From Thecamonas trahens ATCC 50062 (lineage: Eukaryota > Protista > Apusomonadida): a DNA stretch of 64,000 nucleotides. The number at the start of each line of letters is the position of its first letter. Position 1 is the first letter of the stretch. The notes under the pieces are model-generated. The model was not told the origin of the DNA. It saw nothing but the letters and a program-made list of their open reading frames with translations, and ran no database searches. Of the stretch, positions 38,266 through 47,700 are shown one piece after another. Position numbers and translations under genes: made by a program. The DNA lies in NCBI RefSeq assembly GCF_000142905.1, contig NW_013657660.1:334056-398055 (forward strand), given 5' to 3'.

Positions 38266-38916
38266 ATGTCTGCATCGTCGATGTCTGCGGCGTTGCTCGC
38301 CAAGCAGCTGAAGGCGGCGACAAAGAACCCCATCGATGGGTGCAAGGTCGGCCTGGTGGGTGACGACATCTACCACTGGGAGGTTTACATGGCCGGCCCG
38401 CCGGACTCAACCCACGAGGGAGGAGTCTTTCGTGCTGAGCTTGAGTTTCCCAAGGACTATCCGTACAACCCGCCCAAGATGTCCTTCACCTCCACCATGT
38501 GGCACCCGAACATCCACGGCCCGCCGGACACCGGCAAGGTTTGTATCTCCATTCTCCACCCGCCGGTGGAGGAGTTTGGCTCGGGTGAGTCGCTCGCCGA
38601 GCGGTGGAATCCCATCCAGACTGTCGAGACCGTCCTCATCTCGGTCCGCTCGCTGCTGGGCGACCCCAATCTCTCGTCGCCGGCCAACATCGACGCTGGC
38701 GTCGAGTACCGCAACGATATGGACGCGTACAAGGCCCGCCTCCGCGAACTCTGCGAAAAGTCGCTGCGCGAGCTGCCCGAGGGCTTCCAGCCGCCCGAGG
38801 CTGCTCCCTCTGCCCCGGTCGTCCGCGAGGACTCGGTCCAGTCGGTCGGCGACTGGGTTCTGGAGGAGGACTCCGAGTACGACGAAGACGAGGAGGACAT
38901 GCTGGAGTCGGACTGA
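38266..38916 (+). CDS. CDC34: Ubiquitin-conjugating enzyme E2, Cdc34/UBE2R type
   Basis: 'HPNI...VCISILHPPVEEFGSGESLAERWNP' includes the acidic-loop insertion, and the tail is acidic. A probable 5'UTR intron lies at 38057-38254 (GTATGT...TTAG). Confidence 0.88.
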   Translation: MSASSMSAALLAKQLKAATKNPIDGCKVGLVGDDIYHWEVYMAGPPDSTHEGGVFRAELEFPKDYPYNPPKMSFTSTMWHPNIHGPPDTGKVCISILHPPVEEFGSGESLAERWNPIQTVETVLISVRSLLGDPNLSSPANIDAGVEYRNDMDAYKARLRELCEKSLRELPEGFQPPEAAPSAPVVREDSVQSVGDWVLEEDSEYDEDEEDMLESD

Positions 38917-38955
38917 GACCGCAATAACATCATTTGTACACACTCTGCCGTGCAC

Positions 38956-39960
38956 CTACGCTGATTCAAACAGCGTGGCGTCAAGCCGGATGCTACCACA
39001 GAACACACTCGCCGCCGGCCCGGTCATCAGGCACCGAGCGTCGTCGCCGTCGATGGCGATGTCGAGAAAAGCACGCGCGCGATCGAGGTCAGCGACAACA
39101 GCGCCAAGGTTGAGCGCTCCTGTGTCGACGCCCGTCGCAGCGAGCGCAGGCAGCGGAAAGTAGACTCGGACTGGAGTGTCCACGAGACCGGCTCGGACGC
39201 AGGCCGCCGCCGCTGCGCACGCGCCCGACCCGCACGCCTGCGTCTCGCTGGCCGACCGCTCGTAGACCCGCAGCGCGAGCCTTGACCTGTCGATGACCTG
39301 CACAAACCCGATGTTGGCCCGCGCCGGAAAGACCGGGTGACGCTCGAGCTTTGGGCCGACCGTGCTCACTGGCGCGGTCAGCACGTCGTCGACCACCCAC
39401 ACGCCATGAGGATTACCCATGTCGACGAGCAGAAGCTCGGGTCCGGGCGCGTACCCGGGCAGCCGAGGCGCGATGGCCTCGCGGTGCTGGCAGCCACCGC
39501 CGTCGGCAATGGCAACCTCAAAGCCGGCCACGGCCGGACCCATGTCCACCGTCACCATGTCGATTGCATCTGCCGACGGGAGCGTGCCGGGCGCAAGCGG
39601 TTCGAGGTGCAGAACGATGGTGCGCGCGATGGTGGCGGCAGAGAGCACCGTTGTTTCGGGCGAGACGAGCCCCGCATCACGGATGTACTTGGCAAAGCAT
39701 CGCGCGCCGTTACCACACTGCTCGACTTGAGCACCATCACCGGCGTTGTAGATCAGGTAGCGGAACGAGGCTTCGTTGCCGTCGCCGGGCTCGACAACCA
39801 GCACCTGATCCGCGCCCACGCCACGATGGCGGTCGCTGAGCGCAATTGCCGCAGCCGCAGTCATCGGTGGGACCTCCGGCGAGCTCACCCTGTCCACAAC
39901 AACAAAGTCGTTGCCTAGGCCGTGCATCTTGGTGAACGGTAGTGTGAGCTGTGCCGCCAT
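38956..39960 (-). CDS. dapF: Diaminopimelate epimerase
   Basis: Motifs 'FTKMHGLGNDF', 'EQCGNGARC', 'DMGNPH', 'RVYER...ETQACGSGACA'. Both catalytic cysteines are present. Confidence 0.95.
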   Translation of the reverse strand: MAAQLTLPFTKMHGLGNDFVVVDRVSSPEVPPMTAAAAIALSDRHRGVGADQVLVVEPGDGNEASFRYLIYNAGDGAQVEQCGNGARCFAKYIRDAGLVSPETTVLSAATIARTIVLHLEPLAPGTLPSADAIDMVTVDMGPAVAGFEVAIADGGGCQHREAIAPRLPGYAPGPELLLVDMGNPHGVWVVDDVLTAPVSTVGPKLERHPVFPARANIGFVQVIDRSRLALRVYERSASETQACGSGACAAAAACVRAGLVDTPVRVYFPLPALAATGVDTGALNLGAVVADLDRARAFLDIAIDGDDARCLMTGPAASVFCGSIRLDATLFESA

Positions 39961-39985
39961 CGGTCCGAGCAGAGCGAGGAACAGC

Positions 39986-40016
<31 letters not shown>

Positions 40017-40096
40017 CGGGAGCGGGCGGCGCGAGAACCAGAGCGAGTGAATGAGCAAGAACGAGAAGAGAGAGTGCGCACGCTCGCGCGCGTGTG

Positions 40097-40134
<38 letters not shown>
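39986..40134. repeat. (GT)n(GA)n and (TGGC)n microsatellites between divergent dapF and PARP genes
   Basis: Read directly. Confidence 0.8.
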
Positions 40135-40135
<1 letters not shown>

Positions 40136-40382
40136 AGCCTGGTTCGGGCGGCAACAGTTGGGCAGTCAGTCGAGTCAAGCGACAGACGGGCGAGGGGGGG
40201 AGCGGCACAAGGCGGACGCGCGAGTGATTGATTCCGGACCGAACAAATGGAACGGTTGGGGAAGGACGGGTGGCAGCTGGCTTTTGCCCACGCACCGCCG
40301 GGTAAGCGGACAGGACCGGCCAAGGATGCGAGGGTGGGGACTGAGCACGCCTCTCTCACATACTTTGAGCGACAAAGGTGCT

Positions 40383-42653
40383 ATGTCGTCGAGTGTGACT
40401 GACAGTGACTACAGTGGAAGTGACTCGGGCTCGGACTATGGCTCGGACTATGGCTCGGAGGAGAGCAACGTGACGGAGACTGGGACGGCGACGACGACGG
40501 GGACAGGCGCTTCGTCGTCGACAGCAGAGTGCTCATCGGATGCGGCTGCGGCCAAGTTTGGCGTGTCAAAGGTGCTGACAAAGCTGCAGAACGCAAAGAA
40601 GTTCCGCATCGTCTCACGGCGGCAGGACTTTCCCGACGACGACGACGGCGCAGGAGATGGCGACAAGGGGAAGAAGAAGAAGAACAAGAAGAAGAAGAAG
40701 AAGGGCAGTAAGAAGAAGAGCAAAAAGGCCAATGCCAAGCGTAAGCGCAAGGGGAAGCACGCATCGTCGTCGTCTTCGTCGTCTGATGCCTCCACGTCCG
40801 AGTCGTCGGTCGAGGGCAGCGGAGGCGACCCCGAACTCGCACGGAAAAACAAGAAGATCGGCGTCTCTGTCCTCATTTCGGCCACCGCCGAGGTAGACAA
40901 GGCGGCGAGCAAGGCTGGGCGGCAGATTGTGGGCAACATCCGGGCCGACTTTGCCGCCGCTGACTCGTCGGCGGAGCTGGACACGGTGCTGGACATTGCG
41001 CCGGCCAAGGAGCAGGTCAAGGCCTTTGACCGATACGTCCACAAGCTGGAGAAGAAGCGGCCGTTTCTGGCGCGTAACAACTTTCTCGTGAGGCGGCTGT
41101 ACCACGGCACGTTTGCCAAGTGCACCATCGGGTTCAACGGCAACACCGAGCTCTGCTCCATGCCCGAGTGCAAGCTGTGCTCGATTCTTCGCGAGGGCTT
41201 TGACCTCGACGCAGCGCCGTGCTGGGGCGCACGGGCTCGCGCGCATCCGTCGCTCCTCACCACCAGCTCGGGAGGATCTGCGCTGACGGTGACGCCCAAG
41301 CAAGCACCGCTCTCGCAGACCATGGCCGCAGTGCTCGAGGGCGACGAGTCGGTGTCTGAGCTTGACGACAACGAAGACGACGACAACAACAACGCTGCAG
41401 GCACGGGTGCAGGAGACGACGACGACAGCTCGGACTCGCATGTGACCATCCGTCGGCGACTCGGCGCCGGGCTCTACTTTTCGCCATCGCCGCTCGAGGC
41501 CGAGGAGTACGCGACGCTGATGCCGAACCCGCTTGGGCGGCACGGGCGGCGGGTCCTGCTCGTGGCGCAGGTTGCGGTGGGCAACCCGTACGGGACGTAC
41601 ATGTACACCGACGAGGAGATCGACGACGGCGTGTACGACTCGCTCCAGGGCCTCGAGGTCGATCTCGAGCATCCGCGCGGGCAGTTTGCACGGAGCGAGT
41701 TCTGCGTTCGCGACGCAGCGGCGGCACTGGTCACGCAGGTTGTGGTGTACGCCTCGCGCGAGCGGTCGCTCTGCCCGCGGTGCGGCGTCGGTGTGTACTA
41801 TCCAGACCGTGCACAGCGGGTCATCCGCTCCAAGTTTGCCACCTTTTGCTCCAAGCGGTGCGGTCGGCAGTACGCGGTGGCGCTCCGCGCCATGCGCAAG
41901 CTCGTCGCGCGGACGCCGCGCAAGCCGGACAAGTGGATGGCGTCGTTCTGGGAGGAGACCGACTCGGAGGAGCCGTGCGTCATGGTCGACATCTGGCCCG
42001 GCTCGGTTGAGTGGACCATGATCGAGATCGAGTTCAAAAAGTCGATGCCCGCGATCAACATCTCCAAGATCTACCGGGTCCAAAACGAGCACCTCTACCA
42101 CCGGTACATCGAGGAGTTGCGCTCGGTCCGGAAGAAGACAAGCGGTAACGGGAACGAGAAGCTCCTCTTCCACGGAACGTCGTCGACCGAGCCATCGCAG
42201 GTCTACACCTCGGAGGAGGGCTTTGACCTCCGCTACTCGGACTGGGGCATGTGGGGCCGTGCCTCGTACTTTGCCGCCCGGGCCAACTACTCGCATAGCT
42301 ACGCGTACTACGAGCCCTCGGGCCATCACACCATGTTTGTGGCCAAGGTCATTACCGGCGAAGCCGCTCAGATGGACCCGAACTCAGGCATCCAGCGCCC
42401 GCCGCTGCTCACCAAGGACTATCCCGTCGTTCCGACTGACCAGTGGGGCAGCCCCGTGAAGCACGCCAAGGAGCTCAAGGCCAACGCCCGCATCCACAAG
42501 GCCAAGGCCAGCGCCAAGCGCAAGGTCAAGGTCAAGCACGCCCGCTACGACACCGTCACCGGCTTTACCGGCGGCACCCGCGTGTACATGGCCTACTCAT
42601 TTAAGGCCATGCCCGCCTACCTCGTCACCTACACCGTCGACAACGGATGGTGA
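40383..42653 (+). CDS. Protein with two tandem PARP/ADP-ribosyltransferase-like catalytic domains
   Basis: Domain 1 (about 41090-41750): 'RRLYHGT', a Cys cluster, 'GAGLYFS', 'YDSL', 'SEFCV'. Domain 2 (about 41975-42635): 'RVQNEHLY', 'KLLFHGT', 'GFD', 'WGRASYFA', 'YDTV', 'PAYLVTY'. The Lys-rich N-terminus resembles an NLS. Confidence 0.85.
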   Translation: MSSSVTDSDYSGSDSGSDYGSDYGSEESNVTETGTATTTGTGASSSTAECSSDAAAAKFGVSKVLTKLQNAKKFRIVSRRQDFPDDDDGAGDGDKGKKKKNKKKKKKGSKKKSKKANAKRKRKGKHASSSSSSSDASTSESSVEGSGGDPELARKNKKIGVSVLISATAEVDKAASKAGRQIVGNIRADFAAADSSAELDTVLDIAPAKEQVKAFDRYVHKLEKKRPFLARNNFLVRRLYHGTFAKCTIGFNGNTELCSMPECKLCSILREGFDLDAAPCWGARARAHPSLLTTSSGGSALTVTPKQAPLSQTMAAVLEGDESVSELDDNEDDDNNNAAGTGAGDDDDSSDSHVTIRRRLGAGLYFSPSPLEAEEYATLMPNPLGRHGRRVLLVAQVAVGNPYGTYMYTDEEIDDGVYDSLQGLEVDLEHPRGQFARSEFCVRDAAAALVTQVVVYASRERSLCPRCGVGVYYPDRAQRVIRSKFATFCSKRCGRQYAVALRAMRKLVARTPRKPDKWMASFWEETDSEEPCVMVDIWPGSVEWTMIEIEFKKSMPAINISKIYRVQNEHLYHRYIEELRSVRKKTSGNGNEKLLFHGTSSTEPSQVYTSEEGFDLRYSDWGMWGRASYFAARANYSHSYAYYEPSGHHTMFVAKVITGEAAQMDPNSGIQRPPLLTKDYPVVPTDQWGSPVKHAKELKANARIHKAKASAKRKVKVKHARYDTVTGFTGGTRVYMAYSFKAMPAYLVTYTVDNGW

Positions 42654-42997
42654 GGTTTTGATGTGTCGAGTCCCATGTTGAGCCCCATGGTGGGGCCCAC
42701 CATGGGCGCCCACTATGAGCCTTGATGCCAAGGTCATCACCGATTCGCGCCCCGCGCGCGGCGCGCCGCGCGGCGCTCACTGCCCCCCCCCCTCACACGC
42801 CGATAAACACTGTTTGGCAGTATCTCGACCCACACGACATCGAACTCCTCGCAGCATCCTGCAGCTAGAACACGACTCAATCTGTGGTTAGCTTCCCACC
42901 AAAGCTATTGTCGGCTGTGTCGCCAAGCCAGACGGCGGCGGGTGGTGGCAGGCAGCGGGGGTGACGGCACGGTCCACTTGTCGTCGGGTAGGCCGTG

Positions 42998-44623
42998 ATG
43001 GTGGCATGCGATGCTGGTGCTGTCAAATGGTGCCAAGACTACTTTGGCGAGTGCGTGTACGATACTCAGGGACAGATCTCTGTCATCCTTGGCATCATGT
43101 CTACAGGATGGTGGCTTGTTTGCCAAGCACCTCAGATCTATACCAACTTTAAGCGCGGTAACGCAGACTCGCTTGCCCTTCCCTTCCTCCTCCAGTGGCT
43201 CTTTGGCGACATTCTCAATTTGCTCGGCTGCCTTCTCACCAACCAGCTGCCTACCCAGGTACGTCCAACCTCACCTACCTTCCCCTCTTACCGCCCCTTT
43301 CCCTCTTCTCAACACATACTACCCTCCCTCCTTCTTCCCCGTCCGTCTCTATCCCTACCCCTACCCCTACCCCCCCGCTCCCCCCCCTCCCACACCCTGC
43401 CCTCTCTGTCGGACACATTGGCGCGATCCATTGGCGCTCTCCCCTCCCCTCCCCCCCCCTACACACACCCCTATCCCTCCCTCCACTACACATGTACACT
43501 TGAGCTCTCTAGTTCAAGCCAGAGATGTCAAATCCATGGGAAAGGGTTCCTGGCCTCTTTGTTTTCCCTTGAACCTGGGCCCGGCCAGAGGTATGGGTAT
43601 TCGGCTCGGGCACTCGGCTCTCGGTTCGACGACTGGCGACGACGGGTCGAGCCAACACGACGCGAGTCGACTTGGCAGGAGAGGCGACTGATCACCTCGC
43701 TTGTCCAACCACCGCCATTGCTACTCACTTGCATCTCATGGTTGCTATGCCTGCAGTTGTATCAAGCTATGTACTTTGTCTTTATCGACACAATCCTCTT
43801 CTCGCAGTTTAGCTACTACTCGATCAAGAACCGCGGCAAGAAGGCCAAGTCGCTGACGACCGAGAGCTCAGCCCTGCTGAGCAAGCCGGGCGGGCCAGGC
43901 GTGGCTTCGCCAAATGTAGTCATCGGGACGCCGGTACATGGCACCGGTGCGTCAGAGACCACACGCCTGCTCTCTGGAGCGTCGCCGCTGTCGACAGTGA
44001 CGCCACCGGGCATGGGCACGCCTTCCATCCCGTTCTCAACCGTCCACTCTACTGTCAACTCGATGTACTCAACCAGTGCGTCTCAGCCAGGCGTGCCTGC
44101 CGCCAACGCCACCCGCCTGCACTCGATCTTTGTCTTTCTTGCTCTTGGCCTGCTGACCACGGCGAGCTTGGCGCTGGAGCCGTCGTCTCTTGCCGCCCGG
44201 GTGGCCAGCCCCGGCGGCCGCGTCCTCCTTATGCACACCTCGGGCAAGACGATCAACATCATCGGCACCATCCTGGCTTGGTCGTCGGCGGCGTTTTACC
44301 TAGGCTCGCGCACCCCGCAGATTGTCAAGAACTTCCGCCGCCGCTCCACCGACGGCCTCTCGCTCGCCATGTTCTTCTTTGCCGTCATGGGCAACCTCTT
44401 CTACGCCGTCTCTATCTTCCTCAACACCCACGGTTGGCATGAGTACCGCAATCGCCTCCCATACATCATCGGCTCCATCGGCACCCTCTGCTTTGACTTT
44501 ACTATCTTTACCCAGTTCCAGATCTACAAGGGCAACGTGCCCGCAGAGGTCACAGAAATCGACCCCGAAGTCCAGCCGCTGCCTCCCGCTCCGGCCAACA
44601 ACACCTCGGTCCCAGCTCCGTAA
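42998..44623 (+). CDS. PQ-loop lysosomal/vacuolar cationic amino acid transporter (PQLC2/Ypq-like), exons 42998-43258 and 43757-44623
   Basis: Two PQ loops, 'QAPQIYTNFKRG' and 'SRTPQIVKNFRRRSTDGLS', plus 'QWLFGDILNLLGC'. Intron GTACGT...CTGCAG. Confidence 0.9.
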   Translation: MVACDAGAVKWCQDYFGECVYDTQGQISVILGIMSTGWWLVCQAPQIYTNFKRGNADSLALPFLLQWLFGDILNLLGCLLTNQLPTQVRPTSPTFPSYRPFPSSQHILPSLLLPRPSLSLPLPLPPRSPPSHTLPSLSDTLARSIGALPSPPPPYTHPYPSLHYTCTLELSSSSQRCQIHGKGFLASLFSLEPGPGQRYGYSARALGSRFDDWRRRVEPTRRESTWQERRLITSLVQPPPLLLTCISWLLCLQLYQAMYFVFIDTILFSQFSYYSIKNRGKKAKSLTTESSALLSKPGGPGVASPNVVIGTPVHGTGASETTRLLSGASPLSTVTPPGMGTPSIPFSTVHSTVNSMYSTSASQPGVPAANATRLHSIFVFLALGLLTTASLALEPSSLAARVASPGGRVLLMHTSGKTINIIGTILAWSSAAFYLGSRTPQIVKNFRRRSTDGLSLAMFFFAVMGNLFYAVSIFLNTHGWHEYRNRLPYIIGSIGTLCFDFTIFTQFQIYKGNVPAEVTEIDPEVQPLPPAPANNTSVPAP

Positions 44624-44730
44624 AACACCCCCCCCCCACACACACACACACACACACATCCAAACTAGCCGCAATTAGGCACGTTTCTCTCCGGAAAAAC
44701 AAGACTTTTTTGTTCTTTGAGCCGCACGTT

Positions 44731-47700
44731 ATGACCCGCACTTCCGCGATGGCCTCCCTGTGCTGCTCTTCGGGTGCTACCACCCGGATTCTTTACCTTT
44801 CACTTTTCCTTTGCTTCCTCGCCGTCGCCTCTGATGGGGCCTCGGTGACTTACGCGTCCAAGTTTACCCGTGGCGACGTCATGGCGACCGGGACGTGCCA
44901 TCCCAACGCGCTCGAGGTCAAATTGACGATCCCTGCGGGATATGCCATTTTGGGCTCGTCCTTTGTTCTCCGCGTCGGCTATCCCGACGCAACGGCCCTG
45001 TTCAACATCGACGGCGAATGCGACCTCAGCCCTGCCGGATGCAATGCCGACACTTCGTCGCTCGTCATGGAGAATGCTGTTGCCGCCGGTACCGCCGTCT
45101 ACACGGCCTCCGGCGACATCCAAACGTTTGCCACTGTCGCCGCGCCATTTATGGCACCGGAGTTTGACTCGGCCGGCGTTCCCGTCCTCGACCCGGCGAC
45201 GGGGCTCGATCCGGCCAACCAGCAGCCACGCGAGGCGACCTTTACTGTCTCTGTCGACCCGTTCACTCTTGTGGACCTTAACTCGGGTGCGACTCAGCAG
45301 CATGCCGGCTTCTCCGAGGATGTCATCATCAACCTCCGCCCCATGCTCGCCGGCATGTCCGTGCCCATCGAGACCGACTACTCGGGCTCGATCGCCGCAG
45401 GCGTCGGCTGGCTCACCCCGCGTGACCTTGTTGCTTGGACCTCGACCAACGTCATGTCCGAGTACTTTGCCATCAAGGATATCGAGGTCCTCGAGTTCAA
45501 CGTCCACGACGGCACCACGCCCAACACTGCCGGCAAGCTCCGCGCGCCGGACATCAACGGCAACTCGCCCATCGACATCACCCATCCCTACGACTACTCG
45601 GACGTCGGGAACGATGCCAACCCAGCAACGTCGGGCACGAGCTCCACTTACCGCTCCGTCTTTGGCGAGCTGCAGGGCTGCGAGTCGGCCGCGATCATCT
45701 CGTACGCCAACGTCAACGAGCTCTTCACCGACACCCGCCTCAACACCGACCCAACTCTCGTCACCGGCGACTCAATCACCGCTGACTCTGTTTGGCGCGG
45801 CACCATCATCGGCTACAATCCTAACAAGCTCGTCGCCGCCGCCGCCACGGGCCGGCCCATCAAGCCCAAGCCCATCACCCTCGAGGTCGTCGCCGTCAAC
45901 TCGGCCGACTGCCCGTGCGGCACAAACAACCCGGTCCACATCGGCGACATCGTCACCTACGAGATGCGCTACCCGCTCATCTCTACCGACTATGCTGCCC
46001 TTGAGCTGACCCTCAACGTCCCTTCGCCGCAGCACGATGTGACCGGCACCACCTACTCGGGGCCGACTCCGATCGCTACCTATCCGGCGCCCAATGTCTG
46101 CACCCCAGCCGCAGACTCGGCCGCGACCCAGATCATCGGCTCGCCGTCACTTGCGGTTGACTCGGGCGCCTCACAGCTGACCTTTACCTTCCCCCCGCAC
46201 TCGGACATGGACTCGATCTACCGCGAAATCGTCATCCGCTGCTCGTATACTGTCGTCGACGTCACCGGCACCGACCTCGACACCTTTTCAGCCACCGACG
46301 GCGCGCTCGAGAACTCCATCTTTGCCACCTCGGACGCCGACCTCATCGCCGTCCGCCAGCCACTCATCAACTTTCTGGGAACAGGCCTCCTCAGTGCCTC
46401 CTCCAGCAGTGTCACGGCCACCTGCTCCTCATGCCCGGCTAGCGACTGGCTTGACGCCATGACCGTCAACTTTTGCGATCCGGCCTCGCCCTCGGCCACC
46501 ACCGTCGCCATTTCGCCACCGATCACCTCGCCCGTCGCTGCCTCGGTCTCGGGCATGGACGGCTCGGACATCGTCCGCCTCTCCGCCGCCTACAAGAACG
46601 TCCAGTCGGGTATCGCCCACAACGTTGTCCTCCATCTCAACCTTGACACCACCTGTTACGTTCAGCGGCCCGGCCCCTGTGGGCTCTCACTGACGGTCAC
46701 CGACGGCGCGGGCTCGCCGCTCGCCTACACCCTTGCCGCCGAGTCGGATCTCTTCAGCACTAACTCGCCCGGCCTCATCGTCCACGCTGTCCCAGGCGAT
46801 GGCGTCGCAATCATCGCATTCGACGTCGAGATCGCCGCTACCGTCGAGTCCGGCACGGTCTGCGCTGCGCCCACGGCTCCGCCCATGTGCTACCTCGGCC
46901 ACTTTACCTCGCCGGTCCCAAGCTCGTGCCGCCTCTCGCCGGCCGCCACCGCCGCTGAGCTCACCGTCGCCGTCCCGAAGCTCGACACCCTCGACATCAC
47001 CACCTCGTTCGACTACACCAACAAGGCCTCGGATCGCGTCACCCGTGACGATCTCGCCCCGTGCGAGACCGTTGTTCTCACCTACACGGCGACGTTCCCC
47101 GAGGGCATCTCGCCCGACGCCTCGTTTACTCTCGACTCGGAGGCGCCCGGCGAGTTTGTCATCGAGTCCGTCACCGTCACTTCGCCGGCGCTGACCTGGT
47201 CTGGAGCCGCCGCCGTGCTCTCCAACTCGAACTCGGAGGCCTCGATCAACCTCGGGACGATCGTCAACACTCCGGACAACATCGTCACAGCTGCCGACAC
47301 CATGACCTTTGTCGCCACCCTCCGCGTCGATGGTGGAAGCATGGACGCTGCTGACCTCAAGTCGCGGTTCCGCACCACCGCTCGCATCGTCCTCTCCAAC
47401 GGCGTCAACATCCGCCGCCGCAACTGGTTCGACGTCGTCCATCCCGTTCTCAACGTTGAGCTCGGCACCTCGCCGACCGTCATCGTAGACGCAGGCGATG
47501 CCGCCGTCTTCAACGCCCGCATCACCGTGCCGTCGTCGGCGCACACCGACACTCTCGATGGCGTCGTCACCCTTGCTGTCCCCGACCTCTTCATCGCCGA
47601 CTTTTCCAGTGCCACCTCCTCGGGCTCGCACACGCCGATCTCCACTACGGTTGTCGATGGCAACCTAGTCGTTGTCCTCCCGCAGCTCGCGCCAGGCGCC

